Shown here piece after piece: positions 52,879 to 64,000 of a DNA stretch of 64,000 bases. The position numbers and the translations under genes are program-made. The stretch lies in NCBI RefSeq assembly GCF_009914755.1, contig NC_060930.1. The stretch is one strand, 5' to 3'. Below the pieces are notes generated by a model. That model was not told the DNA's origin and searched no databases. It was given only the letters and a program-made list of their open reading frames with translations. Source of the DNA: the human T2T-CHM13v2.0 reference genome, Homo sapiens. The first letter of the stretch is position 1; every line of letters starts with the position of its first letter.

Positions 52879-53300
52879 TGGAGCTCGGCGAGGCTGGGCC
52901 GCCCCGGGGCCGAGGGATCGCTTGCACCAGGCATCCCTGCCTGTCCCTCCCCAGCAGCGAAGCGCGCCCAGCGGAGGAGCGGTTGCTCTGCGCAGCTGCC
53001 TAGCGGAAAGCACGGCCCTAGCGTTTCAGCGTGAAACAGACCCGGTTGCGCCTCACACCCTCCTCCTCCGCTCTCTCACGGCGGCCCCTGCCCCGGCTTC
53101 CTGGCCCTTCACATGCCCTTCTCTTGTCTTGAGCGTCTAGCAGAAAAAGTGCCTGGAAACGGCGGTGGCACCCTGCGAAGGATGCTTAGAGAAACACTCT
53201 TTCACATCCCATTCCTGCGACTTCCGCGTGGCGTGGAGGGAGAGGAGCTCAAAGCAAGTCGCCAAAGCAGCAGCGAGGCCAGCTCCAGCGTTGGTGGGGC
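52300..53300. promoter_or_regulatory. CpG island
   Basis: About 1 kb, very GC-rich with dense CpG, in contrast to the CpG-depleted background. Confidence 0.9.
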
Positions 53301-53483
53301 ATCCATCTCTGGTGACGTTCACAAGTTTGTTTGTTTTTAAAATCGTTTTTGGAAAAATATTTTTTTTTCCTCATAAGCACATTTCAAGAAGTTTGGAAAA
53401 TAGAGAAATGAAACAAAATCTGGTGTATTTGTGGAAAAGGGGGGTATTTAAGTCTTTCTTATGAGTAAGAAAGTATTTTGTGT

Positions 53484-53489
53484 AATAAA
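53484..53489 (+). terminator. Candidate polyadenylation signal AATAAA
   Basis: About 600 nt after the TAA, in AT-rich 3'UTR-like sequence, followed by T/GT-rich sequence. Confidence 0.55.
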
Positions 53490-53641
53490 AAAAATGTATA
53501 TCCACTTTCTGGGCGTTGGGCTCTCCCTACCACATTTCTTCCTTTGCACGGCCCCTTTCTCTCTGTGCTTAGTTGCTTGTCCCAGCCCTCCTATAGTCCT
53601 TGAGTTGTTGAACTTTTGTCATACTTGTGAAGTATAAGCTT

Positions 53642-53819
53642 CTTTTTAAATTTAATATACTTTCTTTTTTGTTAAGAGACAGTCTTACTCTGTCACCCAG
53701 GCTGGAGTGCAGAGGCGCGATCTCGGGTCACTGCAGCCTCTACCTCCCAGGCTCAAGTGATCCTCCCAACACAGGCTCCTGAGTAGCTGGGACTACAGGC
53801 ATGAGTCACTGCACCTGAC
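53642..53819 (-). mobile_element. Alu right monomer (FRAM-like)
   Basis: Single reverse arm with TSD-like 'ataagctt' on both sides. Confidence 0.85.
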
Positions 53820-53934
53820 AAGAATAAGCTTTTAATGGTTCTTCTGATTCTTTCCGTAACTCCCAGATCTTCATAAATTTGATAGACCCACTCTTCTCAT
53901 TTGGACTGAGTGGAAACCAAGTTCCAGAGCGACT

Positions 53935-54062
53935 GGGCAATAAATATGGAGGAAACAGCATCCCCAGCCTCTACTCACTGCCAGAATGACCAGCTTCCCC
54001 AGTTGAAACAACCAAAAAATGTTTCCAGACATCGCCACTGTCCCCTGGTTGAGATCCACTAA
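53935..54062. mobile_element. MER20 fragment
   Basis: 'ccagttgaaacaaccaaaaaatgtttccagacatcgccactgtcccctgg...gagatccact'. Confidence 0.75.
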
Positions 54063-54232
54063 CCTATGTAGAATTTCAAAAATTTGGGATGATCCACACT
54101 CTCCAGAATCTGGCTTCCCGTAGTGAGGCAGGGCTCTTCTCCTCTTCCTATTAGAATTTTAATAAAGTGTGCTTCTTTGCTAGAAGCAAACATGCTATGC
54201 TGCTCTTTCTTCAGAAACAAACGAAAATATTC

Positions 54233-54795
<563 letters not shown>

Positions 54796-56377
54796 AGAAA
54801 GTAATGAGGGGTTTTCTGCTCTGGAATTCCTGCTTATTTGAGTTGCCACTGCTCCCCAGGAACTTCTGCTTGTCTTTGTACCCCACAGTGCCTAGATTCC
54901 TCAACTCTAACCAAAGCTTTTGGTTTTTGTTTTTTTTTTTTGGCAGAGTGTTAGCTCTGGCCTCCTACTTCTAAAACTGTTCCAGCGAAGTTCAATCTAA
55001 TTCAACAAACATTTACTGAGTGCTATAATGCTGGTGCATCGGGGGACACAAGATGAATAGGATAAGGTCCCTGCCCTTAAGGGGATCCCAGCCTGGTGTC
55101 TCACACAGGGAGGGATTATCAACAGTTCCAGTGTGTAAGCAGTTTGAAGGTGGTGGAGAGAGGCAGCAGGGTGTGGTGAAATTAGTATTCGCAGGGAGGC
55201 CAGGCTTCCTGTGGTTTGACTTTGGGAGTGTTCTTTAATCCCCCTGAGCCTCAGTCTCCTAATCTGAATCAAATGGAGATAACATCGCTGTACCGCAGTC
55301 GATCAAAATCAGTCATGGATGTGATGGGCTCGGTATTCCAGAAAGTGCTCTCCAAATGTCCTTTTATGGTTATCGAGTTTTGTTACATCCTCTCTCTTGA
55401 GTCCTGTATCATTAGGAGGCAACTCTGGTGGAGTGAGAGTCATAGACTCAGGTCTGAGCTGAGCTTTCCCCTTCTTTTCTTCAGGAGGAGAATTGATGGC
55501 CCAAAGTGAATGTCCTGCCCTGTGATCTGCCCTTTAGCGGAAGAAACAGCAAAACCGGCATCAACTAAAGCAACTGGGAACATCAAGTTTTTATTCATTT
55601 GTTGATTTGAACAGTATTTCATTCTGATTTTAACTGACTTCTTTTGCATTAGATTAAAAACAACAACAAAAGACTGAAATCTTTCAAGAACAAAGAGGAG
55701 CTGGCCTATAAATCCTAAATACAGATGTAGTGATTGAACCCATCTAGGTAGCTTATGAATATAAATCTCACCCAAAGTTTCATCCACACTTAAGAGATAA
55801 CCACTGTTAATATTTTGGCAACTACTCTTGGAAGTATTTGTGTCTAAATACAAATACCTATGCGTATGCAATTTTACTTAACTGTGATCATAGTAGGCCT
55901 GCTGTTCTGTAACCTGTTTTTTTTTAATCTTGATAATAGATGATAGAAATCTTTTCATTTAAAAAGCAATGTTATATATGAAGTAAAATTTGCTTAACCA
56001 TTTTTTTATTTATGCTTCCGATTTTTCACTATTACATGCAATGCTGTAATGAATCTATCTGAGCATACATGTTTTTACTCTTCTGTAATTATGTTGTGTA
56101 AGTAAATTCCTAGAGGTATGATTGCTGGGTCCAAGGGCATACACTCCTAACTTCTTTCTTTAGGGCTGTTATGGCTTCACCAAAGTTCAAAAAGGGGAAG
56201 TGAATGAATGGTAGGAGGAACATTGGGGTCTCGGGGTGGCTCCATTTAAAAACTTTGTAAAAGGGAAATAAAAACAAAGCTATCTTCTGAAGATTAAACT
56301 TTAAAATCAGCACACAGCAGGCCAGAACAGAGATGTGCAAAACCATGCTGAAGAGATGAATCATGGTCACTCACATG

Positions 56378-56910
56378 GTGTATGAGTCCGGTCAGGAAAC
56401 AGAAGCCCTCCTGGTTTTTCACGCTGAGGGGATCTAATTGAGGAATCAGAAACTGGGTGATGGAAGGACTGGAGGAACAGTGGCAGTCAGGTAAGGTTAT
56501 CCGAAGACTAGCGGCTGCAGGAAAGCGCCACCAGCTGTGGGCTGGAGGAGCCAAGGGGGAACGTCTCCTTGGAAACCAGAATCGGTGTGATTCCAAGCCA
56601 TGGCTGTAGAACTGAGCTGCTTCAGCAGGAAGCCAAGAGCAGCACTGCTAGGCCAAAGCCCCTGACACTGCAGCCACTGCCACTGCCACCCTTGGGTGTC
56701 AATAGCACTGTCACAACTGCCTGAGACACTACCAGAGGCCAGCAGGGAGGAACTATCCAGGCTTTTGGCAGTGCCTCCTCTTCACAGAACCTCACTGAAA
56801 GCCTGTTGGAGGGCGTCTGGGAAATGCAGCATGTGGAGGCTCACCCTGCTATGCTAGAGCATAGCAAAGAAGGCTGGGAACGCAGCTGACAGCGAGTAGG
56901 CAAATGATCC
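56378..56910. mobile_element. Ancient LTR-like element (family uncertain)
   Basis: 'tgtatgagtccggtcaggaaacagaagcc...gggctggaggagccaagggg...ctgggaaatgcag'. Similar to 17241-17700. Confidence 0.45.
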
Positions 56911-57296
56911 GTGCAAGTAGTACTGTGGGTCAAAGCAGTGGGATAGCTAAAGAGAGCAACTGTCAGTCAGAGGAAGGGCATCGCAGCCATGGAGGCACTG
57001 AAGATGGGGCGTCACAGAGTGACATGGGCAGTGCTTATGCCAGCAGAGGTGGGCTTGGCTCTCTGGAGCTAGCCACAGGAAGAACCCTGTGGTGACCGCC
57101 GCCCCTTGGCTCTCAGTCTATGCCACGAGAACATGCTGTGGGAGACTGGCCCACAGAAGTGGCTCTGCTGCAGAGCACAGACAGATGGGGTTTCTGAACC
57201 TTCTTGGTGGACTGCTAGGCCCTGGGCAAGGGCAGGCTAACCAGTGTGCATTGCCATTCTGGGAGACAGGAAGCCAGCCTGCCCATAAGGCAGATA

Positions 57297-57653
57297 AGTC
57301 TTAATATTTTTGTGCTGCTATAACAAAATACCTGAGACTGGGCAATTTATAAACAACAGAAATTTATTTCCTCACAGTTCTGGGGGCTGGGAAGATCGAG
57401 GAACCTGCATGTTCAGTGTCTGGTAAGGACTTAGTCTCTCCTTCCAAGATGACACCCCTTGTTGCATCCTCACATGGCAGAAGGTGAAAGGGCACAAGGA
57501 GAAACATCTTGCCAATTCCCTCTAGCCCATTATAAGGGCAGAGCCCTCATGGCTTAATCACTTCCCAGAAGGCCCCACCTCTTAATACTATCACATGGAG
57601 TCTTAGGTTCCAATATATGGATTTTGGAGACACAGACGTTCTAATCATAGCCA
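57297..57653 (-). mobile_element. MaLR solo LTR (MLT1A0/MST-type)
   Basis: 'gtgctgctataacaaaatacctgagactgggcaatttataaacaacagaaatttatttc...ttctaatcatagc'. Confidence 0.85.
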
Positions 57654-57699
57654 CATACCTCCCAGGGACTGGCCCTTGGCCGTCTTCCTTTACCAAAAG

Positions 57700-57950
57700 G
57701 ACATCTGCACAAGTGTTTATTGGGTTCCTATCAGGTCCTGGCCTTGTGCTATGTGCTCTACATATAGGATCTCATTTATTCCTTTCAGTAACCCTGTGTG
57801 CAAGGTTAGGAGGTAGGGCCTATCACTCCCATTTCACTGATCAGGAAACTGAGGCACAAAAAGGTCAAGTGACTTGCCCATGGTCACATAGCTGGTACCG
57901 AACGGAGACAGGATCTGTTTGTCTCCAGGGCTCTGGCTGTACCACCACCT
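57700..57950 (-). mobile_element. MIR
   Basis: 'cccatttcactgatcaggaaactgaggcaca...gtgacttgcccatggtcacatagct'. Confidence 0.85.
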
Positions 57951-58745
57951 GGGGCTGCCTCTCCCGTTAGACTTCCTCTTGGTAGCAGGTCAAAGCCCTG
58001 GAACTGTTGAGCCGCCTTTGGCTAGTGGGTCTCCCGCCGGGTGGCAGCAAAGTTGCTCTCTGGAAGCACTAGGTCTCTGAAAAATAAGAAAATGCCAGGA
58101 AACTAGAGCAGAAAGCTGGAAAACAAGGAACCTTACCAATACCCTCATCCCCCATCAGCCACAGCATCAGTGTCGTGTGGGGAGGGAGAAAGGAGGTGCT
58201 GAAGGAGAGGACAAGGTGCAGGAAAGAGGAGGAGAGAAGCCGGTGGGCTGTCCAACGTGATGGCTCTGAAGCACCAGTGGCTCCTAGGCCCTTTAAGGTC
58301 AATGTGATTAATCACGTTCCATGTACAAGGTGACTTGGCTGTTACTGTATGTTATCACCCTCCTCTCTCGTCCCCTTAGATCATCTGACTTCAACAACCA
58401 ACTCTGCATGAGAACTAGAAAATGCAAGGATTTCTATAGGTCTCTATGGTGACTGTATTAGTATCCCAAGGTCCAAGGGCATTTGCTACCAAATTATCAT
58501 TATTATTATTTTTTTTTATAATTGTGAAGCTTTTTTTTTTATTATACTTTAAGTTTTAGGGTACATGTGCACCTTGTGCAGGTTAGTTACATATGTATAC
58601 ATGTGCCATGCTGGTGCGCTACACCCACTAACTCGTCATCTGGCATTAGGTATATCTCCCAATGCTATCCCTCCCCCCTCCCCCCACCCCACCACAGTCC
58701 CCAGAGTATGATATTCCCCTTCCTGTGTCCATGTGATCTCAATGT

Positions 58746-62600
<3,855 letters not shown>

Positions 62601-62636
62601 TTAGTTGATGCAGTTTCTTCCTAGTCTCGATGGTCT

Positions 62637-63653
62637 TTACATTTTGGCATGATTTTGCAGCGGCTGGTACCGGTTGTTCCTTTCCATGTTTAGCGCTTCC
62701 TTCAGGAGCTCTTTTAGGGCAGGCCTGGTGGTGACAAAAACTCTCAGCATTTGCTTGTATGTAAAGTATTTTATTTCTCCTTCACTTATGAAGCTTAGTT
62801 TGGCTGGATATGAAATTCTGGGTTGAAAATTCTTTTCTTTAAGAATGTTGAATATTGGCCCCCACTCTCTTCTGGCTTGTAGGGTTTCTGCCGAGAGATC
62901 CGCTGTTAGTCTGATGGGCTTTCCTTTGAGGGTAACCCGACCTTTCTCTCTGGCTGCCCTTAACATTTTTTCCTTCATTTCAACTTTGGTGAATCTGACA
63001 ATTATGTGTCTTGGAGTTGCTCTTCTCGAGGAGTATCTTTGTGGTGTTCTCTGTATTTCCTGAATCTGAACGTTGGCCTGCCTTGCTAGATTGGGGAAGT
63101 TCTCCTGGATAATATCCTGCAGAGTGTTTTCCAACTTGGTTCCATTCTCCCCATCACTTTCAGGTACACCAATCAGACGTAGATTTGGTCTTTTCACATA
63201 GTCCCATATTTCTTGGAGGCTTTGCTCATTTCTTTTTATTCTTTTTTCTCTAAACTTCCCTTCTCACTTCATTTCATTCATTTCATCTTCCATTGCTGAT
63301 ACCCTTTCTTCCAGTTGATCGCATCGGCTCCCGAGGCTTCTGCATTCTTCACGTAGTTCTCGAGCCTTGGTTTTCAGCTCCATCAGCTCCTTTAAGCACT
63401 TCTCTGTATTGGTTATTCTAGTTATACATTCTTCTAAATTTTTTTCAAAGTTTTCAACTTCTTTGCCTTTGGTTTGAATGTCCTCCCGTAGCTCAGAGTA
63501 ATTTGATCGTCTGAAGCCTTCTTCTCTCAGCTCGTCAAAATCATTCTCCATCCAGCTTTGTTCCGTTGCTGGTGAGGAACTGCGTTCCTTTGGAGGAGGA
63601 GAGACACTCTGCGTTTTAGAGTTTCCAGTTTTTCTGTTCTGTTTTTTCCCCAT
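62637..63653 (-). pseudogene. L1 ORF1 (RNA-binding/chaperone), one premature stop at codon 130
   Basis: 1017 nt = 339 codons in a single frame, MGKKQNRK...QNHAKM. TGA at 63264-63266 replaces an Arg (CGA). Confidence 0.97.
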
Positions 63654-64000
63654 CTTTGTGGTTTTATCTACTTTTGGTCTTTGATGATGGTGATGTACAG
63701 ATGAGTTTTCGGTGTGGATGTCCTTTCTGTTTGTTAGTTTTCCTTCTAACAGACAGCACCCTCAGCTGCAGGTCTGTTGGAGTACCCTGCCATGTGAGGT
63801 GTCAGTGTGCCCCTGCTGGGGGGTGCCTCCCAGTTAGGCTGCTCGGGGGTCAGGGGTCAGGGACCCACTTGAGGAGGCAGTCTGCCGGTTCTCAGATCTC
63901 CAGCTGTGTGCTGGGAGAACCACTGCTCTCTTCAAAGCTGTCAGACAGGGACATTTAAGTCTGCAGAGGTTACTGCTGTCTTTTTGTTTGTCTGTGACCT

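Noticed and set aside
52175-53013. Overlapping minus-strand and alternate-frame ORFs in the CpG island
   Set aside because: Expected in very GC-rich DNA. Only the + frame ending at 52878 combines splice context, codon bias and a structured segment.

Overview
Primate genomic DNA, most likely human or another African great ape, judged from an L1PA2-like element and AluJ/AluS copies. The window is mostly intronic or intergenic and dense in interspersed repeats (Alu, L1, L2, MIR, MaLR/ERV LTRs, hAT/Tigger/Mariner MITEs). The only convincing host protein-coding signal is a + strand terminal exon at 52271-52878 inside a CpG island. It has a good acceptor, a GC3-rich C-terminal amphipathic helix, a TAA stop and AATAAA at 53484. 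I cannot assign it a gene name. A phase-compatible upstream exon candidate (51145-51340, possibly extending to 50910) carries in-frame TGA codon(s), suggesting a decayed or unannotated gene. The right end holds a near full-length minus-strand L1PA2-like LINE-1 with exactly one nonsense codon in each ORF. Other structures: a 3'-truncated U6/L1MA chimeric retrocopy, a ~750 bp almost pure polypyrimidine tract, a 25-bp inverted duplication inside a MER21 LTR, a MADE1 (miR-548-type) hairpin and small local duplications. No prokaryotic-type systems or CRISPR arrays are present. Repeat subfamily names come from memory of consensus sequences, and boundaries of old repeats are approximate.
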